A DNA stretch of 64,000 nucleotides from an uncultured Alphaproteobacteria bacterium (GTDB lineage: Bacteria > Pseudomonadota > Alphaproteobacteria > Rhizobiales > Ancalomicrobiaceae), in contig CALMFH010000236.1 in assembly GCA_937864925.1 (NCBI GenBank), positions 2,542 through 66,541 on the forward strand. Direction: 5' to 3'. Of the stretch, positions 19,858 through 29,956 are shown piece by piece. How positions within the stretch are numbered: position 1 is the stretch's first letter; every line of letters starts with the position of its first letter. The position numbers and the translations under genes were made by a program. The notes beneath the pieces were generated by a model, which searched no databases, was not told the origin of the DNA, and saw only the letters and a list, made by a program, of their open reading frames with translations.

Positions 19858-20684
19858 TTCAGGTGGACCTTGTTGATACGCCACGACGAGAAGAACCAAT
19901 CGTCGGCAAAGTCGATCGTCGGTCCATTACTATTGCTCCATCTTACGCCGAAACGGGCGCCGTCCGAACGCAAGAACGACCGGCCGTTGTAACTCGCAGG
20001 CGATTGGACCTCGCGTGCTCCGACGAGAAGTTCGCTGAGTATGCGGTCGAAGCTCACTCGATCAACGGTCTCAATACCCCGCCCCGCGCCAGGTTCTCTC
20101 CAGCCCAGACGCAAGCCACCTAGTGCCAGACACTGTGCCGTATCGAGCGGCGCCAGGTAACCCCCACCCAGTTCCATCAGACGGGCTTCGGCTTCGCTGC
20201 GACGTGCCTCGGCTGCGGCGATCTCGCCTTCCACGGTCTCGGTCAGGCTGGCGCGCGGCCGCCAAGTCGGATCGATCTCACGGACGGCGGCCTCCGCTGC
20301 CCGCGCCTGCGCGGTAGTGACCTCGAGTCGAACCGCTTGGCCCGGTGTGACCTCGACTTCCCGACCTCCGACCCGCACTGTCGGCGTCTGCCGGCGGTTC
20401 GGGCCGCCGATCAGATCGATCAGTGCCTCGGCGAAGTCATCACCAGCGGGTTCGTCGACTATGGTGTCTTCACCAGTCGGATCCCCGCCGGTCCATTGGC
20501 CTCCGTCAGGGTTGCCGGCCGGGACTCGGGGCTGATCCGGCGAATACTTGCGATAGAGGTATTGGAACCGCAGGAAGCGCAGTTCGACGCCGAGGCCGAG
20601 CACCTCGGAGAACAACCGCCTCCTCGCCCGCTCGGCGTCTTCGCTTCTCGATAGTTGCGATGTGTCGAGCGTCTCGTGGTCCAT
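19854..20684 (-). CDS. Hypothetical 276-aa protein with polymorphic-toxin-like architecture
   Basis: This is the real C-terminal part of tracked ORF 19854..21947; the rest of that ORF is the antisense shadow of fabI. It carries a KYSPDQPRVPAGNPDGGQWTGG linker and an Ala/Glu-rich middle. The C-terminal ~100 aa lie in visibly lower-GC DNA. Confidence 0.6.
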   Translation of the reverse strand: MDHETLDTSQLSRSEDAERARRRLFSEVLGLGVELRFLRFQYLYRKYSPDQPRVPAGNPDGGQWTGGDPTGEDTIVDEPAGDDFAEALIDLIGGPNRRQTPTVRVGGREVEVTPGQAVRLEVTTAQARAAEAAVREIDPTWRPRASLTETVEGEIAAAEARRSEAEARLMELGGGYLAPLDTAQCLALGGLRLGWREPGAGRGIETVDRVSFDRILSELLVGAREVQSPASYNGRSFLRSDGARFGVRWSNSNGPTIDFADDWFFSSWRINKVHLK

Positions 20685-20772
20685 CGTTCGATGGCTCGGA
20701 GAATAGCGGCTGCGCGGACACCGAACCGAAGTCCCGGGATATCCTCGCTCATGAGGCCTGCCCAAACACAAC

Positions 20773-20800
20773 GGGCGCCTCCGGTTCCCCGGAGACGCCC
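20773..20800 (-). terminator. Hairpin terminator after fabI
   Basis: gggcgcctccgg-ttcc-ccggagacgccc is a 12-bp stem with one mismatch. On the - strand it is followed by gttgtgtttggg. Confidence 0.55.
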
Positions 20801-20833
20801 GTCGAAATCCCTCGCGATGGCCGTCGCCCGATC

Positions 20834-21652
20834 TCAGTCCTTGACCACCGAGATGTCCGGGGCGTCGACCGCCTTCATGCCGACGACGTGGTAGCCCGCG
20901 TCGACGTGGTGGATCTCGCCGGAGACGCCGCGGCCGAGGTCGGAGAGGAGGTAGAGCGCCGAGGCGCCGACCTCCTCGATCGACACGGTGCGCTTCAGCG
21001 GCGCGTTGTACTCGTTCCACTTCAGAATGTAGCGGAAGTCGCCGATGCCGGAGGCGGCGAGCGTCTTGATCGGGCCGGCGGAGATGGCGTTGACACGGAT
21101 ACCCTTGGAGCCGAGGTCGACGGCGAGATAGCGCACCGACGCTTCCAGGGCGGCCTTGGCGACGCCCATGACGTTGTAGTGCGGCATCACCTTCTCGGCG
21201 CCGTAGTAGGTCAGCGTGATCATCGAGCCGCCATCGGTCATCAGCTTCTCGGCGCGCTGGGCGACCGCCGTGAAGGAGTAGACCGAGATGTTCATGGTGC
21301 GGTCGAAGTTCTCCGCCGTGGTGTCGACGTAGCGGCCGGTGAGCTGGTCCTTGTCGGAGAAGGCGATGGCGTGGACGAGGAAATCGATCTTGCCCCAGAC
21401 CCGCTCGACTTCGGCGAAGACGGCATCGATCGAGGCGGCGTCGGTGACGTCGCAGTGGCCGGCGACGATGCCTCCGAGTTCGGCGGCGAGCGGCTCGACC
21501 CGCTTCTTCAGCGCGTCGCCCTGGTAGGTCAGCGCCACTTCCGCGCCGGCTTCGCGCACCGCCTTGGCGATGCCCCAGGCGATCGAGCGGTTGTTGGCGA
21601 CGCCCATCACGAGGCCACGCTTGCCGGCCATCAGGCCCTTGGTGTCGGCCAT
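20834..21652 (-). CDS. fabI: Enoyl-[acyl-carrier-protein] reductase (NADH)
   Basis: GKRGLVMGVANNRSIAWGIA, YYGAEKVMPHYNVMGVAKAALE (Tyr/Lys pair), and ISAGPIKTLAASG. Confidence 0.95.
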   Translation of the reverse strand: MADTKGLMAGKRGLVMGVANNRSIAWGIAKAVREAGAEVALTYQGDALKKRVEPLAAELGGIVAGHCDVTDAASIDAVFAEVERVWGKIDFLVHAIAFSDKDQLTGRYVDTTAENFDRTMNISVYSFTAVAQRAEKLMTDGGSMITLTYYGAEKVMPHYNVMGVAKAALEASVRYLAVDLGSKGIRVNAISAGPIKTLAASGIGDFRYILKWNEYNAPLKRTVSIEEVGASALYLLSDLGRGVSGEIHHVDAGYHVVGMKAVDAPDISVVKD

Positions 21653-21846
21653 GGAAAATGCCCTTTTGTCGTCTTTCGAGGTCGGCGGGTTCTATGGCAC
21701 GGACACGGGCGCCCCCGCAAGCGGGCGACACCGGCGGGACCCGCGGGAATGCGTGGTTTCGACGCGCGGACGACTCGGTCGGCCCGCCGAACCATGGCCA
21801 TGATCGGCCGTCAGGCTGATCGCAATACGAATCGGGGGATGAGAGG

Positions 21847-22107
21847 ATGACACCGCGATCGACCCTGCCGAGACGTGCCGCCGCGGTCGCCTTCGCGGTG
21901 ATCACCGGCCTCCTCACCGTCGGCGAAGGACGAGCTGCCAGCGTCAAGGCCGGGATCAGCTCGCCGCTGCGCGCCGGTCAGCAGCCGGGTTGCCGCTGGG
22001 TCCAGGGGGCGGCGAAGACCATCCGCGTCTGCGACGCCAACAAGGTCTGCCGCACCCAGACGGTGCCGGCGCAACGCATCTGGGCCTGCGGCACGGTGCG
22101 CGACTGA
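21847..22107 (+). CDS. Hypothetical small secreted protein (86 aa, 4 Cys)
   Basis: Signal peptide RRAAAVAFAVITGLLTVGEGRAAS; the mature part has CRW...C...C...C. A GGGGGA RBS lies upstream. Confidence 0.5.
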   Translation: MTPRSTLPRRAAAVAFAVITGLLTVGEGRAASVKAGISSPLRAGQQPGCRWVQGAAKTIRVCDANKVCRTQTVPAQRIWACGTVRD

Positions 22108-22125
22108 ACCGGCCGGCGCGCATCC

Positions 22126-22848
22126 TCAGAAGAGATCCATCTGCCCGTCGCCGGGTTTCCGCGCCGCCGCCGGGCGCGGGATCGGTGATCGTGGCGCCGG
22201 TTTCGGCCGGGGACTCGCACGGCGCTCGGCACTGGTCGGCAGCGGCGTGGCGGTGAACAGGTCGGGGGGTGCCGGAACCAGAAGCTTCGCCGCCGCCTTG
22301 GCGTCGACATGGGCCGTGTCGAGCCAGTCGGCGAAGTGCTCGGGCGGGATCACTGCCGGCATCCGATCGTGGATCGGCGCCACCACTTCGTTGGCCGGGA
22401 CGGTGAGGATGGCAGCGGTGTCGACCTCGGAACCGTCGGCGCCGGCCCAGGTCTCGGTCAGGCCGGCGAAGGCGACGAGGTGGCCGTCGGTGGGGGCCAC
22501 GAAGAAAGGCCGTTTCGGTCCCGCCCCTTCCGAGCGCCACTCGTAGAAGCCGTTGGCCGGCACGAGGCAGCGGCCGTGGCGCATGGCGCCGCGGAACGAG
22601 GGTTTCTCGGCGGCGGTCTCGGCGCGGGCGTTGATCAGCAGCGAGAACTCGCGCGGATCCTTGACCCAGCTCGGTACGAAGCCCCAGCGCACCAGCAGGA
22701 AGCGCCGCGCCCCCTCCCGGATCGCCACGACGCCGATCGGCTCGGTCGGACGGATGTCGTCGCGCGGCGGGAAGTTGGGCAGATCGAGGAAGGCGAAGAG
22801 GCGACGAACCTCCTCGGGCGTGGCGGTGAGGGCGAAACGACCACACAT
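22126..22848 (-). CDS. SOS response-associated peptidase (SRAP/YedK, DUF159)
   Basis: Starts MCGRF (catalytic Cys2), has WGFVPSW, and PANGFYEW. Confidence 0.9.
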   Translation of the reverse strand: MCGRFALTATPEEVRRLFAFLDLPNFPPRDDIRPTEPIGVVAIREGARRFLLVRWGFVPSWVKDPREFSLLINARAETAAEKPSFRGAMRHGRCLVPANGFYEWRSEGAGPKRPFFVAPTDGHLVAFAGLTETWAGADGSEVDTAAILTVPANEVVAPIHDRMPAVIPPEHFADWLDTAHVDAKAAAKLLVPAPPDLFTATPLPTSAERRASPRPKPAPRSPIPRPAAARKPGDGQMDLF

Positions 22849-22948
22849 CGTGAACGTCCTTCGCGCACAGCCGACGGCGGCGGCGCTCCAGGGTAAGCAA
22901 ATCGTAACGGCCGCCATACTACGCTGGCCGGTACGAGTGTGAAATCAG

Positions 22949-23482
22949 GTGGATGAGATGGGCAGGGCGGAACACGACACGGCGCTCGCGGACCGATTGC
23001 GGCCCGAGGCGCTGGCCGCCGCCAACATCAACCCGGTGACCCGGCTCGCCACCGATTATCTGAACCACTTCAACAACGTGGTCATGCTGCTCGAGCTCGT
23101 GCCGGACATGCCGGACATGGCCGAGGAGGTACTCGCCTGGACGCCGGCGAGCTACGAGGACTATTTCCGCGCCTCCCACTTCCGCGAACGCGATCTCGCC
23201 ATCGCCGCCTATCGGGCTTCCGATCCGGCGATCCGCGACGAGTTCGATGCGGCGGTCACCCATCTCGACTGCACCATGGCCGAAGCCATGCAGTTGGTGG
23301 AACAGAACGACCCCGCCGACCCGGTGATCGGACATCGCATCCGCGACATCCTCGACGGCCGGCTGAAGCCGGGCATCGCCGCGGCGAGCGCCATCGTCAA
23401 CGGTGCGCCGGTCCTGCATTCGCCGGTCCACGACCCGAGCGAATCGGAGGCTCAGGCCGCGGTCGACGAACTCTTCCCCTGA
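22949..23482 (+). CDS. Conserved hypothetical protein
   Basis: 177-aa ORF with native codon bias. NPVTRLATDYLNHFNNVVMLLELVPDMPDM block. No function recognised. The start (GTG 22949 or ATG 22958) is uncertain. Confidence 0.6.
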   Translation: MDEMGRAEHDTALADRLRPEALAAANINPVTRLATDYLNHFNNVVMLLELVPDMPDMAEEVLAWTPASYEDYFRASHFRERDLAIAAYRASDPAIRDEFDAAVTHLDCTMAEAMQLVEQNDPADPVIGHRIRDILDGRLKPGIAAASAIVNGAPVLHSPVHDPSESEAQAAVDELFP

Positions 23483-23490
23483 TCCCGGCC

Positions 23491-23940
23491 ATGACGACGC
23501 CGAACGACGCGACCACCGAACGGCTCCTCCTCGGGGTCAGCGTCTGCATCTTCCGCGCCGACGAGGTGCTGCTGATCGAGCGCGGCAAGGCGCCCGGTAT
23601 CGGTCTGTGGGCGCCGGTCGGCGGCGGTATCGAGCCGGGAGAGACGGCGGAGGCCGCGGCATTGCGGGAGGTCGCCGAAGAGGTCGCGGTCGAGATCGCC
23701 CTGATCGGGCGCGTCGGCACCCGCGAGATCGTACCGGAGGTCGTGTCCGACACGGGGCCGCAGCGGATCCTGCTCGAGGTCTTCGCGGCGCGCTGGCTGG
23801 CGGGGGAGCCGACGGCCGGCTCCGACGCAAGGGCGGCCCGCTTCGTGCCGCTCGACCGACTCGCGGCGCTGCCGGCGATGCCGGGCGTGGTGCCGTGGAT
23901 CATGGCGGCGCGACGTCTCTTCGATGGCGTGGGGCGGTGA
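23491..23940 (+). CDS. NUDIX hydrolase
   Basis: Nudix box GGGIEPGETAEAAALREVAEEVAV. Confidence 0.88.
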   Translation: MTTPNDATTERLLLGVSVCIFRADEVLLIERGKAPGIGLWAPVGGGIEPGETAEAAALREVAEEVAVEIALIGRVGTREIVPEVVSDTGPQRILLEVFAARWLAGEPTAGSDARAARFVPLDRLAALPAMPGVVPWIMAARRLFDGVGR

Positions 23941-23998
23941 AGATCTGCTATCGCTCTCGGCAGTGAGGGCGCGACTGCGGCGGCGGGCGGCGGAACGG

Positions 23999-24433
23999 AT
24001 GAGGCGGACGGAGAGGAACGACACGGGATCGCGGACCCGCGGGCGATCGGTCGCCGCGCGACTGTTCGCCGTCGTGGTCGTGGCGGCGGTCGGCGTCGCA
24101 CCGATCACGGCGCGCGCCCAGGAGACGGCTCCTTACGACGACCATCTGATGCGTCTGGCCGAGATCCTCGGAGCGCTGCACCACCTCCGCCCGCTGTGCG
24201 GCGCGGCCGACGAGGCGCAGACCTGGCGCGATCAGATGGCCGCGTTGGTGGAGGCCGAGCAGCCCTCCCCGGAGCGTGCGAAGCGGCTCGTCGACCGCTT
24301 CAACCACGCCTATCGCGGCCTCGCCGAGACTCACCGCACCTGCACCGACACGGCGCGGGCACTGATCACGCGCTACACGGCGGAAGGGGCGGCACTCGCG
24401 CAGGAGGTGGTGACGCGCTGGGGCCGGTCGTGA
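23999..24433 (+). CDS. TIGR02301 family protein (periplasmic, alphaproteobacterial)
   Basis: Signal peptide, then APYDDHLMRLAEILGALHHLRPLCG...RDQM...RFNHAYRGLAETHRTC, as I remember for TIGR02301. The tracked ORF starts at 23924. Confidence 0.7.
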   Translation: MRRTERNDTGSRTRGRSVAARLFAVVVVAAVGVAPITARAQETAPYDDHLMRLAEILGALHHLRPLCGAADEAQTWRDQMAALVEAEQPSPERAKRLVDRFNHAYRGLAETHRTCTDTARALITRYTAEGAALAQEVVTRWGRS

Positions 24434-24606
24434 CGCCGGCGAAGTCGTCGTGTTTTCGACCGCGTCGTTAACCATCGGACAACGATTTTTAACGTCTGTT
24501 AACATTGTTCCCCGCCGCATGGGGTATCGGGCGGCCGATCGTGCTAACGGTGGTGTCCGGGACGGTGGGGCCGAAGGTCGGCCCCGCGCAGGACGCCGAG
24601 ACCGGA

Positions 24607-24867
24607 ATGCTCGACGAGACACTGATCCACGAACTCGACCGGACGGTCGCCGACCAGAAGCGCGCCGCCTACGAGATGATCGCCGACGCCATGGCCGACG
24701 CCGAGGCGGAGGGAATCGAGCACGCCATCGTCTCCCAGGCCGCCCTCTTCGCCGTCTTCACCGACATGGTCGCGACCTGGGGCGAGGCCGCCGTCGCCGA
24801 ACTCGCCGAGCGACTGCCGCAGCGCCTGATCGCCGGCGAATTCACGCTCGATCGCCGGCTGCAGTGA
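24607..24867 (+). CDS. Hypothetical small protein (86 aa)
   Basis: ATG 24607 inside tracked ORF 24505..24867. Acidic and helical: MLDETLIHELDRTVADQKRAAYEMIADAMADAEAEG. Confidence 0.45.
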   Translation: MLDETLIHELDRTVADQKRAAYEMIADAMADAEAEGIEHAIVSQAALFAVFTDMVATWGEAAVAELAERLPQRLIAGEFTLDRRLQ

Positions 24868-24889
24868 CGACGCTCCGGCGCCGGTCCGA

Positions 24890-25516
24890 TCAGGTGACGA
24901 GAAGCCGACCGACCATCGCGACACCGAAGACGATCAGCAGGCCACCGGCGAAGCGGTTGACCTGATACAGCGTGTCGTCGGTCATGCGATCGCGCAGCAT
25001 CGCCACCAGCGCCGACACCGAGAACCACCACGAGGTCGCACCCGCCGCCACGCCGAGGACGAAGACACCGGCGCCGAGCCAGTCGCCCTGGTGCGGCGCG
25101 AGATCGCCGAGGGAGCCGAAGAGGGCGAGGAAGGCGATCACCGTCGCCGGATTGGTGATGGTCATGCCGAAGGTGGCGACGGTGGTGGAGAGGAGCGAGG
25201 CCGGCTCGGGCGAATTCTCGGCGAGATGGGGGTGGGCGTTGGCGATCCTCAGGCCGAAGATCACCAGAAAGAGGCCGCCGATCGCCTGGAGCCAAGTGGA
25301 ATGACCCTCGACGAAGCCGAAGACGGCGGTGACGCCATAGGCGGCGACGGCCGAGAAGAAGGTATCGGCAGTGGCGGCGCCGAGGCCGGCGGCGAGGCCG
25401 GAGAAGAAGCCGCCGCGGAAGGCTCGCTGGACGCACAGGATGTTGACCGGCCCGACGGGCGCGGAGAAGACGATGCCGACACCGATGCCGGTGATCAGGA
25501 GCCAGACGTCGATCAC
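24890..25516 (-). CDS. LysE family translocator
   Basis: GTG 25516 is preceded by GGGAGGGG. SAPVGPVNILCVQRA and MTITNPATVIAFLALF motifs; 208 aa. Confidence 0.8.
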   Translation of the reverse strand: MIDVWLLITGIGVGIVFSAPVGPVNILCVQRAFRGGFFSGLAAGLGAATADTFFSAVAAYGVTAVFGFVEGHSTWLQAIGGLFLVIFGLRIANAHPHLAENSPEPASLLSTTVATFGMTITNPATVIAFLALFGSLGDLAPHQGDWLGAGVFVLGVAAGATSWWFSVSALVAMLRDRMTDDTLYQVNRFAGGLLIVFGVAMVGRLLVT

Positions 25517-25679
25517 TTCCCCTCCCCCGGACGCTCGACGGTGACGGATCGCGAAAGATCGTCGCGAGGCCCTTCCATCCGGACGGTACGGCGATAACAT
25601 GCCGGCCGCGCCCGCGGCGGGCGCACGGAGCCCGGTGATGGCCGAACACGCAAGTCCGCTCGACAGTCCCTGGGATGCG

Positions 25680-26351
25680 ATGGTTACGCGGGGCACCCGG
25701 TCGCTGGCAAGAGGTGCGGTGGTCGCGTTCGCCCTCGTCGTGGCGGCCGGTCCGCTCGGCGCCGCACCGTCGGATCCGCCCAAGAAGGTCGGCACCGAGC
25801 GCATCGTCGTCGACCCGAAGCCGTCGACTCCGGCGGTGGCCCCGCCGGCGGCGACCCCCTCGCCCGGCCAGCCGGCGAGCGGCGCGGCCGCGGAGATCCA
25901 CAAGGGCGACGACGGCCTGCCGCCGGCCGTCGCCAAGATGCGCAAGCGCCTGCTCGACGCGGCCTATTCCGGCGATCTGCAACGCCTGAAGGTGGTGATG
26001 CAGTCGAACGAGATGCCGCCGGTGTTCTCGATCAACGAGATCGGCGACCCGATCGAATACCTCAAGGCGCAGTCGGGCGACGGCGCCGGGCTGGAACTGC
26101 TCGCCATCCTCACCGACGTGCTGGAGGGCAGCTGGACGCGGATCAAGCCGGGCACGCCGCAGGAGATGTACGTCTGGCCGGCCTTCGTCGCAGTTCCACC
26201 CGACAGTCTGACACCGGATCAGTTGGTCGAGATCTACAAGATCGTCACCTCCTCCGACTTCGAGGAGATGAAGGTGGTGGGCAAATACACCTTCTACACC
26301 GTCGGCATCGGCCCGGACGGTACTTGGCACTGGTTCAAGCTGGCCGACTGA
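25680..26351 (+). CDS. Hypothetical exported protein
   Basis: Signal-like RSLARGAVVAFALVVAAGPLGAAPS, a Pro-rich linker, then a globular C-terminus. No family recognised. Confidence 0.55.
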   Translation: MVTRGTRSLARGAVVAFALVVAAGPLGAAPSDPPKKVGTERIVVDPKPSTPAVAPPAATPSPGQPASGAAAEIHKGDDGLPPAVAKMRKRLLDAAYSGDLQRLKVVMQSNEMPPVFSINEIGDPIEYLKAQSGDGAGLELLAILTDVLEGSWTRIKPGTPQEMYVWPAFVAVPPDSLTPDQLVEIYKIVTSSDFEEMKVVGKYTFYTVGIGPDGTWHWFKLAD

Positions 26352-26482
26352 GACCCCTTGCCGGCCATCGCCGGCCTCCCCATGTCCGCCGGGTGATCCG
26401 GCGGGCAAGTGCCCAGGATGGAGGCGTGACAGCGCCTTTGCGGCGGGTCACCATCGCGAACGATGCAGGGAGGCTCGGGGCA

Positions 26483-27352
26483 ATGGCGGGTGGTGTGGTG
26501 GTTCGGGGCGATCGGGGCGTCATCGAGGTCGGCGGGCCGGAGGCGGCGCGGTTCCTCCACGGGCTGGTCACCGCCACGGTGAAGTCGCTCGCTCCCGGCG
26601 CGGCGAGCTTCGGGGCGCTGCTCACCCCGCAGGGCAAGATCCTCTTCGACTTCTTCCTGGTGAAGACCGACGACGGTTTTCTGATCGAGATCGCGCGGGC
26701 GTCGATCCCCGACTTCCTCAAGCGGCTGACCTTCTATCGCCTGCGCGCCGCGGTGACGCTCGCCGACCGCTCGGCCGACTTCACCGTCGCCTATACCTTC
26801 GGTGACGCGGCCGTGCCGGCGGGCGGGCTCGCCTTCGCCGATCCGCGGCTCCCGGGCCTCGCCACCCATGTGCTCGCCCCGGCCGGCACGAGCAGCCCGG
26901 CCGCAACCGCCTCGCTGCACGACTGGCACGCCCACCGCATCGCCCTCGGCGTGCCGGAGAGCGGCCTCGACTTCCCGCTCGGCGACACCTTCCCGCACGA
27001 CGCCGACATGGACGATCTCGCCGGCGTCGACTTCAAGAAGGGATGCTTCATCGGCCAGGAGGTGGTGTCGCGGATGAAGCATCGCGGCACGGCGAGGAAG
27101 CGCATCATCGTCGCGCGGGCGCTCGAGGCGCGGCCGGCGTGGCCGGATGCGGGAACCGAGATCACCTGCGGCGAGAAGATCCTCGGCACGCTGGGCTCGT
27201 CGGCCGACGGTCTGGCGCTGGCGCTGGTGCGCCTCGACCGAGCGAAGGAGGCGATCGACATGGGCGACGCGATCGAGGTCGGCGGGGTCACGGTGGCGCT
27301 GGAGCTGCCGGAGTTCGCGACATTCGGGTGGCCGGAGACGGCGGAGGGGTGA
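26483..27352 (+). CDS. ygfZ: YgfZ/CAF17 folate-binding Fe-S cluster repair protein
   Basis: GPEAARFLHGLVT, LTPQGKILFDF, and the diagnostic KGCFIGQEVVSRMKHRG. Confidence 0.88.
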   Translation: MAGGVVVRGDRGVIEVGGPEAARFLHGLVTATVKSLAPGAASFGALLTPQGKILFDFFLVKTDDGFLIEIARASIPDFLKRLTFYRLRAAVTLADRSADFTVAYTFGDAAVPAGGLAFADPRLPGLATHVLAPAGTSSPAATASLHDWHAHRIALGVPESGLDFPLGDTFPHDADMDDLAGVDFKKGCFIGQEVVSRMKHRGTARKRIIVARALEARPAWPDAGTEITCGEKILGTLGSSADGLALALVRLDRAKEAIDMGDAIEVGGVTVALELPEFATFGWPETAEG

Positions 27353-27426
27353 GGCGTCGCGCCACGCTTCGTTAGGGGGCATCCGCCACACTGGAGCGCC
27401 GATGATTCCCGCGTGAGATCCGCCCC

Positions 27427-28089
27427 TTGGAAACCGACCTCTACCTGCCGGTCAAACGCCATCTCGAGGCCCTAGGCTTCACGGTGAAGGGCGAGGTGCG
27501 GGGCTGCGATCTGGTGGCGCTGTCCGGGACGGATCCCGAAATCGTCGTGATCGGCGAGCTGAAGCGGACCTTCACGCTCGAGCTGGTGTTGCAGGCGGTG
27601 GAACGCACCGCGGCCTGCGACGAGGTCTGGCTCGCCATCGCCGCATCGAAGAGGGGACGCGGCCGGGAGAGCGACGCCCGGGTGAAGAAGCTCTGCCGCT
27701 TCCTCGGCTTCGGCCTCCTCGTCGTGCTGCCGGCCGGCGGCGTCGAGGTGGTGGTCGAGCCGGCGCCGTGGAAGCCGCGGCGCGACGCAAAGCGTCGGTC
27801 GCGGCTGGTCGAGGAACATCGTCGTCGCAGCGGCGATCCCAATCTCGGCGGATCGACGCGGACGCCGCAGATGACCGCCTATCGCCAGCAGGCCCTGTCA
27901 ATCGCGAACGCCCTCGCAGACACCCGAGGGCGACCACGAGACCTGCGTACTCTCGCACCCGACGCCGCCAAGATCCTGCAGGCGAACGTCTACGGCTGGT
28001 TCGAACGGGTGGAGCGCGGCGTCTATGGGCTGACCGCCGTCGGGCGCGACGCGCTCACCACCTGGGCCGGCCACCTGCCGCCGCCGTAG
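27427..28089 (+). CDS. DUF2161 family putative PD-(D/E)XK-type phosphodiesterase
   Basis: GCDLVAL...VVIGELK fits a D...ExK nuclease core. C-terminal winged-helix-like region. TTG start as tracked. Confidence 0.7.
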   Translation: METDLYLPVKRHLEALGFTVKGEVRGCDLVALSGTDPEIVVIGELKRTFTLELVLQAVERTAACDEVWLAIAASKRGRGRESDARVKKLCRFLGFGLLVVLPAGGVEVVVEPAPWKPRRDAKRRSRLVEEHRRRSGDPNLGGSTRTPQMTAYRQQALSIANALADTRGRPRDLRTLAPDAAKILQANVYGWFERVERGVYGLTAVGRDALTTWAGHLPPP

Positions 28090-28233
28090 GACGGCTGACC
28101 GCCTCGAAACCGCCTTCCCCCTTGCCCCGCCCCGCCCCCACATGCGACAGACCCCGCGTGCCTCGCGCGCGCCCCGATCGCCCGTGAACCCGGCCGGGGC
28201 GCGTGATCATTTTCCCCATTCGCCGGCCGCCCC

Positions 28234-29853
<1,620 letters not shown>

Positions 29854-29883
29854 GCGGCGATCCACACGGAGCGACGTGATCCA

Positions 29884-29904
29884 CCACCCGAGTTCATCGG
29901 GTGG
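29884..29904. terminator. Hairpin between the convergent ABC-F gene and the small ORF/sqr unit
   Basis: ccacccga-gttca-tcgggtgg is an 8-bp perfect stem. There is no clear U-tract on either strand. Confidence 0.3.
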
Positions 29905-29956
29905 CGGGTCTCGCGATTCGGAGCGACGGGCGGTGATCTCCCCGCCGCCACTCCCC

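Noticed and set aside
19854-21947. A single 697-aa protein, as listed in the ORF track
   Set aside because: It is chimeric. The N-terminal ~420 codons are an out-of-frame read-through of fabI and its flanks. A terminator hairpin (20773-20800) separates the units, and only the last 276 codons (from ATG 20684) look like a gene.
24489-24503. CtrA box
   Set aside because: The spacing is TTAA-N6-TTAAC rather than the canonical N7. It is reported only as an unexplained half-site cluster.
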